Shown here one piece after another: positions 25,811-40,800 of a stretch of 64,000 nt of DNA (the first letter of the stretch is position 1; each line of letters starts with the position of its first letter). The notes under the pieces were generated by a model, which was not told the origin of the DNA, did not search any database, and saw nothing but the letters and a program-made list of their open reading frames with translations. Origin of the DNA: Lama guanicoe. Taxonomy: Eukaryota. The stretch is from NCBI GenBank assembly GCA_013239625.1, contig MU053629.1:3685567-3749566 (forward strand). The letters are read 5' to 3'. A program made the translations under genes and the position numbers.

Positions 25811-28800
25811 ATGTGGCCGCGAATGAACCGAGCTGCTGAGGAGTTCTACGCTCGTCTCCTGCAGTGAGTTTTAGCCTCTGCTTTTGGCTTGGTGTTAGGA
25901 CACTACTTCTCCCTTGGGGTATCTCAATCCCCGCCCCGAGCCTCTTGTTGCAGCCTTGGGGATTCGCATTTTGTCAGTTTCTAACAGCGCGTTCTGTTGT
26001 AGACTAAGTCAGTTTTCTTGGTGTCTGGGAGCTGGGGGTAGACTGGGTACCTGCTCCACGGTGGAACTGGCCCTGTGGGGCTTGCTTGTAATCCCGTTTA
26101 GGAGAAAACAGACGTACGCTGTCACTCGAGGTGAAAGGTGACAAGTTTTCCAAGGGGCGCGTTATTCACTCAGATAATACGCTCAACTTGTGATATGTTA
26201 GAGGCACCTCCCAGGATGGAGAAAACTAGATGTTGACATGCTTCACCTTTTGAAAGCCGTCCTGGTGTGATTCGTATTGTTACAGTCTATTCAAGATAGT
26301 TATCACATGAGCAACAGTTATAATGATAACGTGTTGGTGTGTTGGCTCTTTAAGCCACTTTTGTTTCATTTTATTTTGTTCCTATAGTGAAGTACTAGTA
26401 CCAAAGGGGATTCCACCCAGTTCTGCATTCACCGTAAAAATCTAATCCAGTAGTTCTCAAATTTGAGCGTGCGTCAGAATCACCTGGCAGATTACCAAAA
26501 CACAGATTGCAGGTCCCACTTCAGGGTTTCTTATTTAGTAGGTCTGGGTGGGGCCAGAGAATTTGCCTTTCTGACAAATTCCAGGTGAAACAAATGATGC
26601 TGGCCTGACAGCACAGCTTGATAACCATTGCTGTAATCTAACCCCTTATTTTCTAAATGCCATACTGTTTCATTGTTTATTTTTATTGCTTTCTTTTCCT
26701 GCTTACAAATGTGGTTATGCTTGTCAATTTTTTTTCCAACATTATAGAAAGAGCACAAGCTTTTTTAAACTAACAGTGTCTTGGACAGCTTTCAGTATGA
26801 CAGCCTATAGATCTGTCATTGGTTTTAACTGCTATATAATATTTCATTGTATGGCTATTTTGTGTTTATTTAACCAGTCCCTTGTTGATACAACTTTATT
26901 TAGACCTTTTATATTTCCCAATTGTTTTATAGGTGTTAGTCTTTCTCTCCACTTGTAAGCACCAAAAGTCTCTTCTCTTGAATCCCTCACAATGCCTGTG
27001 TAGCCACCTGCCTATTGGGAATTTGCAAATAAGACCTCAAAGTCAATATGTGGAAAACCGAATTCATCTTTTCCTTGAAGCCTGACATTTTCCTGAATTC
27101 TGCCTCTGAGTTAGTTTCAAGTCCAAGACTGTGACTTCTTTTTTCCATCGTCCCCACCCCCACCAGATCTAGCCAGTCCCCAGGTGCCCTTGTTCTCCCT
27201 CCCTCCCTCCCGTTTTGTTCACCACCATCACTTCTTTGAAGTGCTACAAGTTATTCACAGCTATCTTCCTGGCCTCTGAGTTTCTTGCCTCCACATCAGA
27301 AGGTCAGAGAGATCTTTCCCATTTAAAATCTTGTAGTGAGCTCCTCTTGGCTTATAGGATAAAGTTCAAATCCTATAGCAAAATCTCTTCCTTTGCGCCA
27401 CCGCAGCACCTCCACTCGCCTCTGTTGGGGCATTCATCACTCGATTTTGTAACCATTGGATTGCTAGTTGGACTGAGTCAAGACTATGAACCAGGAACCA
27501 TGCATTTGTTTCCTATCTTGGACATCTAGGAAGAACTGCCGACTGAAGAAAGAAATACACTGAAAAGTTGAGTTATATTATTTAGGGACCTTAGTGAGGA
27601 CCAAAGCCTGGGAATTGGCCTCTCAGATAGCTGTGAGGAACTGTTCCAAAGAGGTAAAGGAGGAGCCAGGATATATATATATAAGAGTTTTTGCTGAAAA
27701 CAAACAAAAATTTGAAAAACCCACCAAAAACCTGTGTAGTTGAACATCAAAGGTGTACTGCTAATCACAAAAACAGACGTCTCAGGTTAATGATTTTTAG
27801 TGCTTTTCTGTTTATGGGAAGATGTAAGAGTCTGGGCTCATTGAACTTACTTTTTTGATAAGCACCTGAACTGTCTAGGGCCAGTGTCCTGTTTTTCTCC
27901 CTCCTGAATTCCCCTCAGGGTGCACTGGGCGGCTGCAGTGGCTGATGGCTTGATGGCGGGCAACACTCCGTTGTTTACCAGAATGACAGGCACCATTTTT
28001 TTGTCCAGAGTGTCTGCCTATAGTATACATACCCGAGAAATGACTGTTGAATGATTGATTGAATAACATCCCTCAGTTATGCGTCTACAAAAGATAAACA
28101 TCTATAAGAATAAATCATAATCTTGTCCAAAATGGCTAAAGTGAATCAGTCTCAGCCCTAGCTTTTATTTCAGTGAGTCATAGAGTAGATGAAATAATAT
28201 ATGGTTTCCTGAAACTGTTCCGTTGGATTCCTTTAGGACTCTTAAGTTTTCTCCTTCAGAGATCAGGCTGATGTGCATTTTGGTATGTGAATAGTTTATA
28301 GTTTACATGCTTTGGGATCAGCTTTCTTGAATAAAATGATAATTATTGAGTATCTTAGAGTTTTGTGCTTACATTTGAGACAGGAAATTGTATAACATTA
28401 TTAAATTTACTGATTTTTTTGGTAACAGCTTATGAAAACAGGATCAATGCTTCCATTTCAGCTGTGGAAATCTAAGGCCTGGGACCCTTAAAAAACCTCT
28501 CTGTGGTTACACACTGATTCGGTGGCAGATCAGAATCCAGTCATTTTTACTTCCAAAAAGTCGTAGTGAATTACATTTCCATAGTAACTGGTAGTGTGTT
28601 TTAAAAGATACAGGAGGCAGGCAGCCAAATTTCCTGCTGTCTCTTAGAAGCAATTGTACCCAGTTTGGGGCAGCCGTCTATTAATCTCTACACATCTATT
28701 TTTTCTCTTCCCTTGATAACCTAGTACTCTTTTTCTGCCTTTTTCTCTCTTCCCAAGTATACTTTAGGGCTGCCATGAATACTTAGCATTTTGCTCTTCT

Positions 28801-31800
28801 CTCTGGTGTCATGCAGAGAGAAAGTGATAACTAACTCCAGAGTTTAAATGACAGAATACTGTAGCTTTATTTATTACCTGTGGTTCTTCTGCATTTCAGG
28901 GAATTTAACGAAGAAAAGAAAGGAATCTGTAAAGACCCATTTATCTATGAGGTACGAACAGTTTATTTGATTTTTTAACAACTCAGTCATCTGAAAATTG
29001 TGAGTGTTTACCAGCTGAGTTTATTGAAGTTAATTTACATACAGTAAATTTCACCCTTTTTGAGTAAAGTTCTTTGAGTTTTTACAAATGTATTCAGTCA
29101 TATAACCACCCCTGTAACCCAGAACATTTCTATCGCCTCCAAAAATCTGATGTCCCTTTATAGTCAACCCTTCTTCCCTGCTCCCAGCCCGTGGCAACCA
29201 CTAATCTGTTTTCTGTCTTCTGTTTCGCCTTTTCCAGAATGTCATATAAGTGAATCTATATAGTTTGTAGCCTTTGGGGTTTGACTTCTGTCAATGAGTA
29301 TAATGCATTTGAAATTCAGCTATGTAGTTGTGTGTATGAGTAGTGCATCCCTTTTTATTGCTGAATAGTATTCCATTGTATGGATGTACCGCAGTTTGGT
29401 TATCCATTCACCAGTTGATGGACACTTGGATTGTTTCCAATTTTTAAAAAAAATTTTTATTTTATTTTTCAGGGGATAGGTAATTAGGTTTATTTCAATG
29501 AAGGTACTGGGGCTTGAACCCAGGACCTCGTGCATACTAAGCATGAGCTCTGCCACTGAGCCATACCCTCCCCCCTGGGTTGTTTCCAATTTTTGATAGT
29601 TATGAATAAAGCTGCTATAAACATTCATGGATTTATTAAGCATCTGATATATGCCAAGTGTTCTGTAGGTAAGATCCCCATAGAACTTAATCCCTTAAAA
29701 CAATTAGCACGCTAAAATAATTATATTCTAAAAGACAAGCTGAGGAGAAATGGTCTTATATGATAAGGGCTAATATCCATAAAAATAAAATATATAAAAA
29801 GCTGTTAAAAATCAATGAAGAAGAAAGACAGTCATAACAGAATAGGCAAAGGATACAAACAAGTAATCGCGAAAGAAAAATACAAATATTGCTGATCCTT
29901 GAATAATGTGGGGGTTAGGGGTGCTGACCCTCCACAGTCAAAAATCTGCACATAACTTACAGTTGGTTCTCCCTTGTGTGCTTCCTTCGTACCCAAGGTT
30001 CTACAGCCGTGGATTCAACCAACTGTGGATTGTGTAGTACTATAGTGTTTACTGCTGAAAAGAGTTTGCGTGTAAGTGGACCCACACAGTTCACACCCTT
30101 GTTCAAGGGCCAACTGTAGAGTTATGTCTCACTATCTGAATTCTCACTAGCCAAACTCAGGAATCAGATGTCTCCAGGGAAAGTATTAGCCCCACCCTGC
30201 CTGAATTAGTACAGCTTGATGCCTTTACTAGTCTCCTAGGGCTGCTATCACAAAACACCACGAATTGGTTTTCCTAAAACATCGGAAATATATTCTTTCA
30301 CCGTTCTGGAGACAAGGAGTCTGAGATCAAGGTGGCAGCAGGGCCATGCTCCCGCTGAAACTCTAAGAAAGGATCCTTCCTTTTCTCCTCCTTGCTTCTA
30401 TTGATTTCCAGCAGTCTTTGCTATTTCCTGGCTTCCAGAAACACCTGCCTCTGTCAGCACAGGGCATTCTTCCTGGGTGTCTATGTGTCTAAACCTCTTA
30501 CTCCTTAGAAGTGCACCACTCACTGGGTTTAGCACCCGCTTCCCCGATCCAAGTTAATCCTCAACTTACTACGCGTACAAAGACCTTGTTTCCAAATACA
30601 GTCACATTCAGGGGAACCAGGGGTTAGGACTTCAGCTTATCATTTGGGGGGACATAATGCAACCCACAATGGTACTAAGATTAGATTAACAGCCTTCTTT
30701 GCTCTCTGAACTTGGTATCTAAATGCTTGAAGTGGGGAGAAAAATAGGTCAATGGTAGAGGGCATGTTTAGCATGCACGAGGTCCTGGGTTTAATCCCTA
30801 ATACCTCTGTTAAAAAAATACTTCAATACCCAAACTGAGAAGTTAAAGAGATTCAAATAATGAGAGAGATTTGTCAATAATAAGCATATTAGGGACTGTT
30901 CACCCTCATTAGTGATCAAATAAAAGAAAATTAAAACAATAACAAGATACTATCTTTTGCTGAGATGGTAAAAATAAGCAGTGAAGATAGTGTGTTGATA
31001 TGAGTGATGGGGATGCAAATATGTGGTTATGACATATTTGAAAGGCAACTTGACAATGTCAATGTGATGTTTAGATATTCATCTTAAATAATTCAAGGAT
31101 GTCCATTATCGATTGTTTATTACAGCACATAACTTGAAACTATGCAAGTGTTGAATAATATGGAATTAATTATACAATGATAGAGCCAGGATACTAGACA
31201 GCTTAAGAACATTTAATGGCATGGAAAGAAGTCATGATATGGAATTATTAGAACATTGTATTTTTTATTAAAGAAAATCCTATCGAGTTATCAAAATAAT
31301 AGATACATTTCTATTTAAATAGATTTATTTGTATGTCTGGAAAAAGATCAGCCAAAACATACACCAAAAAGTCTTAATAGCAGTAGTGACTGCTCTGGCT
31401 AGTAGAATTATAGATGTGTTTCTAAAAATCTCTTTTAGCTGTTTTCAAACTTTTCTGCAGCAAATGTGTTTTGCAATCAGAATGAAGAAATATGTAGTTC
31501 CTATAAACTGATCAAGTTCTAAATTCCGTGGTACAGTCAGAAAAAGGGATAATATTTAGTGAAGTGCTAATTTTGTGGTACCCAACAGTAAATCCAATAT
31601 GATTAGGAGAAGAGGATGTCAGTGAGATCTTAATCAAAAGAAGGGCTGACAAGACAGAGTGCACCGTAGGTGGGCCTTGAGGCATGTAGATAAGATACAA
31701 GAGCTAGCTTTTTCTCAACATGAAAAACATGGGCAGAGAATAAATGAAAATCTTACTTGCAAAACATGATGTCTTGTTCAGGTTCTCTTTTCCAGTTACT

Positions 31801-34800
31801 TGCATAGAACTGATCTTTATATATTTAACTATTTATACATACCTATGTGTTTTTCTATAACATTGCTTGACTTTAATCTGCTTTTGACAGGTTGATGTCC
31901 AAGTGCAGTTGATCAGCAAAGGGCAACCAAACCCTTTGAAAGATATTCTAAATGAAAATGACAGAGTGTTCATCGTGGAAAAAGTGGTAAGTAGTGCTTG
32001 GTTGGGCTTTGTGGTTAATTCTTAATTGTGATTTCTTTTAAATTTATGTTTAGTCAGTTTGCAATGCTGTGTCAATTTCTGCTGTACAGCATAATAGTTC
32101 AGTCATATATATACATACATATATTCATTTTCATGTTCTTTTTCATTTCAGTTTACCACAAGATGTTGAATATAGTGCCCTGTGCTATATACAGTGGTAG
32201 TGGTTAATTCTTAATAGCCAGATTTTGTTTCTTGGGGATAATCTCAAGTGTACACGTTTTCTGATCAATGCATTAGTAATAGTATGTTCTGATTCCTTTA
32301 GTAATAAGTACAGTGCCATCCAATAGAGATATAATGTGAACCATATATAAAAACCATGATTAAAATTTTCCTAGTAGCCTCATTAAAAAAAAAAGAAATG
32401 TAATTAATTTTCATACAATAAAATTGACTTCTTACTTTTGCTGTACATTTCTATGAATTTTAACACATATGTAGAATCTGGTAATCACCACCATAATCAG
32501 GACACAAAAAGGTCCCATCACCCCAAAAAACTCCCTGTCCTATCCCTTTAAAGTCAGGCCCTCTTCTCCCCAACTGTAGTTTTGTCTTTTTAAGAATGTC
32601 ATGAACGGAATCATACAAAAGTGTAACCTTTTGAGTCTGGTTTCTTCCACTCAGTGTAATAATGCCTTTGAGATTCACTCAGGTTGTATGTGTTTTAGTG
32701 GTTCATTTCTTTTCATTGCTGAGTAGCGTTCTGTGATATGGGTGTACCAGCATTTATTTATCCTTTCATCCTTTGTAGGACATTTGGGTTGTTTTCAGTC
32801 TTCAGTGGTCATGAATAGAGCTGCTGTAATCATTTCTGTGCAGAAATTTTTATGAGCACAAGTTTTCTTAACAGTAAATACCTAAGAGTGTGATTGTTGG
32901 GTCTGAAATTATGTTTAATAGTGCTTTTTATTTAATCTAAGATATATAGTGTTATCATTTCCCTACTTAATTAGTATAAAAATCATTAATGAGATATTTT
33001 AAGTTCTTTTTTTCATACTACATCTTCAAAATCTGTGTGTGTATTTTGCACACAGATCTCTATTTGATCTGGCCACATTTCAGGTGCTCAGAAGCCACAT
33101 GTGTCTGGTGGGTGGGTGAAAAACTCAGTTTACTGTGTTGAACAGCCCAGCATGAACAGCTATGACTCATGAATTTCTACTTTAATTTTTGCTTGTGAAA
33201 TGTAACAGGAGGGACCGTCTTATTTTTTACATCACTTTATATTTATAACCCTCAACCTTTGTGTTTTAAATATGGGAACTGTTTTGGCAGAGCAGTAACT
33301 GATTTTTACTGAGTGCTGATAATGCTGTCATATTACACAGTTGCTTGGGGCCAAGACTCATTCTTTGGGTACATTGGTTCCCCAAGTAGTTAGGAACAGG
33401 ATTTAATAGGGGAGGGTAGATATTCCTTTAGAAGGAACACCTCTGTCTGCTTTAGGACCTGCATTCTGTATGGACAAGCATTGTGATGAATGAACAGGGA
33501 GTTCTTTGTTTCAAATACACGTGGAAACGCCTTTCTGAGGAGGGGACCGACTTTATTTGTCTTTTATATTAATGATGCTTATCTATGCTAGACAGATGCT
33601 TGGAAAATAATTATAGGCAAATTATGTGGTAGAATTTAGACTTCTGTTATGGGGAGAAGGGAAAGTGTAGAGCAAAAGCTGAAGAAATTAAGATGATCAG
33701 GTGAAGATGAGTTATCTAGGTGAGGGTAAAGATGAGCAGAGGGGATTGGTGGAAATCGGGATACTAGTGAGAATGCAGCTTGGAGTCGTGAGGAGTTACC
33801 AGGACTCACTGAGGCCCTGGCATTTTGTTTTTAATTTTTTTGTTGTTGAGGGGGGAGGTAATTAGGTTTATTTGTTTATTTTTAGAGGAGGTCCTGGGGA
33901 TTGAACCCGGGACCTCGTGCATGCTGAGCATGCGCTCTACCACTTGAGCTATACCCTCCCCCGCCCCCCAAGGCCCTGGCATCTTGGGATGGGGAACAAT
34001 TAAAATGGCCTTTATTTCGCAAAGATCAGTAGAACTTAAAGCGTGAGTTTCAGGTAGATGGATATTGAAAAGTAGACTGAAAGGGAAAATGACATTTCTT
34101 GGATACTTCAGTTCTAGGAACTATTTGGAAATCCAGGCCTGGAAGAAGGAATTCAAACTTGAAGAAACATCTGGGGCTGATTCCTATTATGTGTTTACTA
34201 CTCGAAGAGCTTAATGGATAGGGACTCGAGTTTTGAAGTCAGACTTCCTAGATTCAAATGTTGGCTTTGCCACTAAGCAGCTGTATTATTCTAGTTACTT
34301 AACCATCCACTAGCTCGGTTTTCCCATCTGTAAATAATAATAATATCTATCTCAGGGTTTCTATGAAGAAGAAAAAGAAAGCTTAGAACAGTAGCTGGTA
34401 AACAGTAATGCTCAGGAAATGTTAATTTGTGTAATTGTTGTTATTAGCAGAGCGCAGCTGTTTAACTGCTTGAACACATGACTGTTGAAACAAAAATGAG
34501 AGCTGATAGCCCTAAGAGCAGTAGACTTAAGGAGTCATGGCTGTGGACCTTCCAGTTTTGGGGAGTGACAAAATCAGGGAGTCTCCCGTGGGTTTCCCTT
34601 GGTGTTTTGTCTTCAGCTTATCGTTTTGTACGTGATGGAGCTTTTTCTTTTCTAATGGCATCAGATGCTTCCTTTATCAGTAGCAACTTAGATCAATATC
34701 TTTTCATAGGACAGTGGAAATGCTTCTGATGGCAAGATCTGTTGGTACCAAACTGGTTTGTAGCTGTGATTCTTGCCGTAACCCAGTCATTTGTGCTCAT

Positions 34801-37800
34801 GGGTTTAGAAATTGGTATGTTATGTTCTAGCGTAGTAAAGAGTTGACTGTTAAGTGTCCTTTTACCTCATTAAATAATTAAACATGTTTAAAGCCTTTAG
34901 AAAAGGAAGAAGCAAGTCACGCTGAAGAACTACAGTCTGAAGAAACTGCTATTTCTGATTTCTCTACTGGTGAAAATGTAGGACCACTTGCTTTACCAGT
35001 TGGGAGAGCCAGGTAAGTTTTTTCTTAGTGTAGGGGTGGAAGGTAGTGTTTAAATTGAAGTGTTCTTCTTACAAATGTTGGGAAAGAAATACATGTCTGG
35101 CCCAGGTCCCTCCCTCCCTCCTTTCCCCTCCTTGTAGATGTGTACCCGTTGCCGTAAGGATAGCTCTATGTGGATGTCTGATAGGTGTCCAGCATGACTA
35201 AGATGACAGGTCTTCCCTCTCTCCATCCCCCTATGCTGTTTCCTGTTGTTGCTTTGTAATTGTCCTCTTTATTTCTAATCTGGTTCCTCCCCAGCCTTTT
35301 TTCCTCACTGCTGCCAGAGTGATCATAATAAAATGAAAACCTGATTGTGTTGCTTTTCTGCTTAAAAATCCTTCAGTGGTTCTTTTGCCTCATGATAAAA
35401 ATCCACATTCCTCATGAGTGACGTCTTATGAGGAACCTTCAACATCGAATCCGGTGGTCCTCTATCAGGGGTGCCATACCCAGTGGGCATTTGGAAATAT
35501 ACAAGGGTACTTTTTGATTGTCACAGTGACTGAGGGGAGCTATTGGCCTAGGGGCCATGGATGGTAAGGGTCCTGCAGGCCGTGGGGCTCTCCTGTCCAA
35601 CGAGGAGTTACCCAACCCAGATGCTGGCAGCACCCCCCCCCCCCCCGTGAGAAGCCCTTCTGTTTCTGTGCGCTTTGCCAGCTTCACTTCCTGCCCCGCC
35701 CCCGGCCCAGCCGTGTGACTTTCCCTCTGCCCAGACCCCTCAACTCCAAAACCAAAAAAATCTTTGCCATCAAGGAATTCCGGAGGATCTGGTCATGTAT
35801 ACAGTAACATTAGAGAATAATGACTATAATAACAGTGTTCAGAAAGTGACTTCCTTCATGGTGGATTTTTTATTGTTTTGCTGAGTAGAAATGCTTTGTA
35901 ATTAATCAGTCTTTTCTCTCAAATCTTCTTGATTTTAAGTCATGTTTGGCGTCCCCCGCACCCCCCTTTTTTTTTTCTTTTCTTGCCCACAACTCGAACA
36001 TTATTTATTTGTATTTTTCTCCAGCCCGTGTTTGTTTGGATTTATCCATCGGCTTATCATTTCTTTGCTCTCCATTTCTTCTTGCATTTCAGACCTTCCT
36101 TCTGGGATTATTGTGTTTCTTTTTTGAAGTTCAGTCCCTTAGAAATGCCTTTCCTGAACATCTGTTGGTAATAAATTTAGTTTTCATCTCTTTGGGGAAA
36201 AAAAATTTGAAGCCATTTTTTGGGGTAACTTTTAATTTTGATACACTTTCAAATTCACAGGAAAGTTAATAGTACAGGAACTTCTGTGGACCCTCAACCA
36301 GAGTCAACAGTTACTTACATTTTGCTGTCTTTGCCATGTCATTCTCTCTCTTATTTCTCCTCCTGTCCCTCTCCCACCCCATCTGTGTACATACCCATAT
36401 CTCACACGCACATATTTTAAATGAAATATTGACAATAGGTTGGAACATCATGCTCCTTCACCCCTAAGTGTGTATTTCACTGTGTATTTCCTAAGGACAA
36501 GTACGTTCTCCTACATAACAGAACAGACACCAAGATAGGAAATTTAATAGTGTGACAATACTACTATCTAATTCATAGGTTGTTTTCAAATTTCCATCTT
36601 ATCATATGCTTACTGGCTTCCACTTTCTCCCACCCCCCAGCTTTACTGAGATATAATTGACATATGCTACTTAACTGTTTTTCCTTAATCTCTCAGCCTA
36701 CATCCACTCCCACTGACCCTCTGTCCCTGCCATATTGAACTCCCTGCTTGGTGTGGTTACAGTCCTGTCACACTCTGTCTTTCTTGATCTGCCTGGTGCA
36801 CCTTTCTCCCACTTCTCCACTGGGTGAGATATTTATGGTTTTTGCCACTGAATTTCCATATTTTTGTTTCTGGGATACTGTGATATTGTGGTTTATAATA
36901 AGAAACGTAGTTTGGTTTTCGTCCTGGCACCTAGTTCCTAAAACGTTTGGATTTTCCTAAGTTTTGAGAACAATAGAGGTGTCTTTTGTTATGTTAATGA
37001 GGTAACTTTTGGACTGCCCCCAGGTAACCTAAAATTGGGGGCTGGTTGCCAGGGGAACCAACCATGTGACTAGAGGGTTAGAACTTTTAGTCTCACCCCA
37101 CCATCTAGGGACCAAAGAGGGCCTGGAGGTTGAGCCCAGTCACCAAAGGCAGATGATTTAATCAGTCGTGACTGTAATGAAATCTCCATGAAAACCCAAA
37201 AGAAGAGGGTTTGGAGAGCTTCTGAGTGGTGAACACAGGGAGATGCAGGGAGAGTGGCTTGCTAGGAGAGGGCGTGGAAACTCTGTGCCCTGTCCCCATA
37301 CCTTGCCCTGTGCATGCCTTCCACCTGTCTGTTCCTAAGTGATGTCCTTCTGTAATAAACTGGTAATCTATCAAAATGCTTCTGAGTTCTGTGAGCCACT
37401 CTAGCAAATTAATTGAACCGAAGGAGGGGTTGTTGGAACCTTTCATCGATAGCTGGTCAGTCAGAAGCACAGGTGACAGTCTGGACTCAGAACTGGCATG
37501 TGAAGTGGGAGGATGGGGGTCAGCCTTGTAGGAGTGAGTGTCTAACCTGGAGGAGTTGATGTCTGCTTTGGGTAAACAGTTCAGAATTGAGCTGAGCTGT
37601 AGGATACCCAGCTGGTGTCAGAGAATTGCTTGGTGTACGGAAAAACCCTACACTTTGGAACAGGGTGTAGAATCTTAGTTGGCGATCAGAAGTAGGATCA
37701 AAGTCAGAATCGAAGGTAACTCTTCATGGAAAAGAAAACTCTTGACTGGTCGACAATCTCTGCTTACAATTTATTCTTCCTACTCTTGTTCCCAAGACAG

Positions 37801-40800
37801 TTAATTGGACTTTATACCATGGCGCACAATCCTAATATGACCCATTTGAAGATGAATCCGCCAGTCACTGCCCTTCCTCCCCTTTGGATAAGATGTGACA
37901 GTTCAGATCCTGAAGGTACCTGTTGGCTGGGAGCTGAGCTTCTCACAACCAATAACAGCGTTACAGGAGTTGTCTTGTATGTGGTCAGCTGTAAAGGTGA
38001 GAGCTCACTCTTTTATGAGTGTGTGTATTTATTTATTTGTGATTTTTACTGAAACTCGTTATTAAGAGAGAAGTGCACAACAGAATTTACGTTAGCCACC
38101 ATGAATCTACTCTAGTGTGTAACTTGCAGCATGTAGGAGATATTCCAGAAACAGATCTCCAAACGTCAGAACAGGAGTTTATGGCTGTTTTGTTTGGGTT
38201 TCATCTCATCTATGTGTGGATATTTTTGGGGAATTTTCACTGAAGGTTAAAAAAGTTGAATATAATGGCTATATAATCCTAATCTCATTGTAAACATTTA
38301 ATTACACTTTTGGTAGTAGCATTGGCCTTTGTTCCACTTTCGTTCTTTTAAAAACATTTCCTTCATCTGTGATTTAAAATTTGATTTCAACAATTATTAG
38401 TGTTGTGGTACCCTCAGAATTTGAGGGATCATAATTTTTTAGCTCTAATGATGTGATTTTGAATTGTACCTCTAAAGTTTTTTCTTTCATTCATGTCCTG
38501 TAGCTGATAAAAATTATTCTGTCAATCTTGAAGACCTAAAAAATTCACACAAGAAAAGACATCACTTGTCTACTGTAAGTGTTTCTCTTCTATTCTTGTT
38601 TTCATCAAACTATTATCAATCTACCTTCCCAGTTCAAAGGTTTTTCACTCTTAGTATGACTAGAGTTTTCCTGTAGTATCAAAATGTATTTATTGTTATA
38701 TCAACTAATGACTAAAAATATATCCCTCACCTTTTAGCTTATCTTTGTGATGAAAAAGAATTGTCTTATTTTTCCATTTGAGATAAAAGCATGGCACTTT
38801 TTCTTCTTGTGGGAAAAGAATCAAAGTAGCCTTTTTAACAAAATACCGTTTATTTTATTTTTTCTTAATTTCACTTTTTTCAGGGGGAGGTAGTTAGGTT
38901 TCCTTATTCATTTATTTTTAGAGGAGGTACTGGGGACTGAACCCAGGACCTCGTGCATGCTAAGCATGTGCCCTGCCGCTTGAGCCATACCCTGCGCCCC
39001 TCAAAGTAGTTTTGATAATGCGCCTCTGGCCCTGGGGGGGCATAGCTGATGGTCTCCTGGATGTCCTCTTTGCAGGTGACAGCCAGGGGCTTTGCACAGT
39101 ATGAGCTCTTCAAGTCCACTGCCTTGGATGACACAGTTGCCACATCCCAAACTACCATCACGTTGGACATTTCCTGGAGTCCTGTGGACGAGATTCTCCA
39201 GATTCCTCCACTTTCTTCAACGGCAGCTCTGGTAGGACGAACCCTATTTTCTGTTGCGTTTACTCAGGCTGGGTTGGCTTTTAACTTGCCTGTTGCTGGT
39301 GCCATGTGCTCCCAGCTCCGCCCCCGTCAGTCCCCGCCCCCACTGGACAGCCCCGAAACACTCAGCTTGCCCCTAGTCTCACCAGCGCAGCCAGCGGAGG
39401 TTTTGCCAGCGTGATCTGATCTATCAGCTCTCCACCGTGCTACAATTATGTCACAAGAGTTTTCCAGTGATTAATAAAGTCTTTCGAGTGGGGTCTCAAA
39501 TGGACTCATCAGAGTGACTTAGAGTCTTCTGCTGTTGAATGCAAATATGGGAAACACATCAGGGATCGTTACCCTTTTAAGCCCTTTCACCCTATATTTA
39601 CATTTCTAGGATCTGCCTTAAGAAATTAATCAGAATTAGTAACAAAAATAAATGTACAAAGATATTCAATGCAGTGATAGGGCTGTGTTTCCAAAATATT
39701 AAAAAAAAAAACAAAACTGAATGTCGAATAGGGAAATGATTAAAATAAATTTCCATGATGAATAGTATATATTTTAAAAAAAACATGATTTAAAGTATCT
39801 TTAATAAATACAGAAATAAATAAAGCATCTTTAATAATGAGAAGAAATGCTTATTATGCAAAAAAAAAAAAAAACCTCCAAAAGTACAAAATTGTATGTT
39901 CAGTAGGATCTCAACTATGGTTTTTAAAAATGTGTACACAAAGGCCTGGATAGTGTTAGAAGTGGTTCCCTCAGGCTTTATGGATAATAATATTCTTAGT
40001 ACTTTTCTTTTCCTGCAGTAGGAATTTGCATACAACAACATTTCCTATTTTCTTTTCTTTCATTCCCCTACCCGCCCCTCCCCCCCCTTTTTTTAAGGTT
40101 TTAGGTTTGTAAAACTTTGACCCCTGGCTAAGACGGCTCACCGTTGCCTTAGTTAGAAGTCTATGAGCCAGTATTTTGGGGGGCGGGTATTTGTGGTGTG
40201 GAGTAATGCCAAGTTTGTCACTGGGTCTTGAGACGTATTTATTTGTATTTCTACTCCTTGTCCTCTTGGAAATTCAGTGGGACAGAGCAGGAGGGCGTGT
40301 GTTCCATGTAGTTACAGCTGTGGTATAGAGAGTGGGGTGTGGTGGCCTGAATTTGGGATACTGTATTGGGATGGGCAGGGTCTGTGGCATCTCTGGGTAA
40401 AGTGTTTTACTTTTTCAATTCAGAGCTTTATGAAATATATTTTTAAATATATGGGTAGTTTGAGATGCAAGTAACTGTGACCCTTATGCAGAGAAGGTGG
40501 GATTACCAGTGAAAACTGACTTTGGGAACTTTTTAGAACATCAAGGTGGAATCTGGAGAGCCCAGAGGTCCTCTGAATCATCTTCACAGAGAACTGAAAT
40601 TCCTCCTTGTGAGTATCCTTCCGGAATCTGTTACGTGCATTAAATTCCATGTTTTCATGAAACTGTGGGCTAGTATCGTTGTTATTTAGTTTTGTGTTCT
40701 TCAAAATTTGTTCCAGATGTTATGTTCTTGACAATTTGTGCAGTTTGATTTTACTATGTGGTAGCTGTCCTTGCAATTAAAGGGAGCATTCGTTAGCTAG

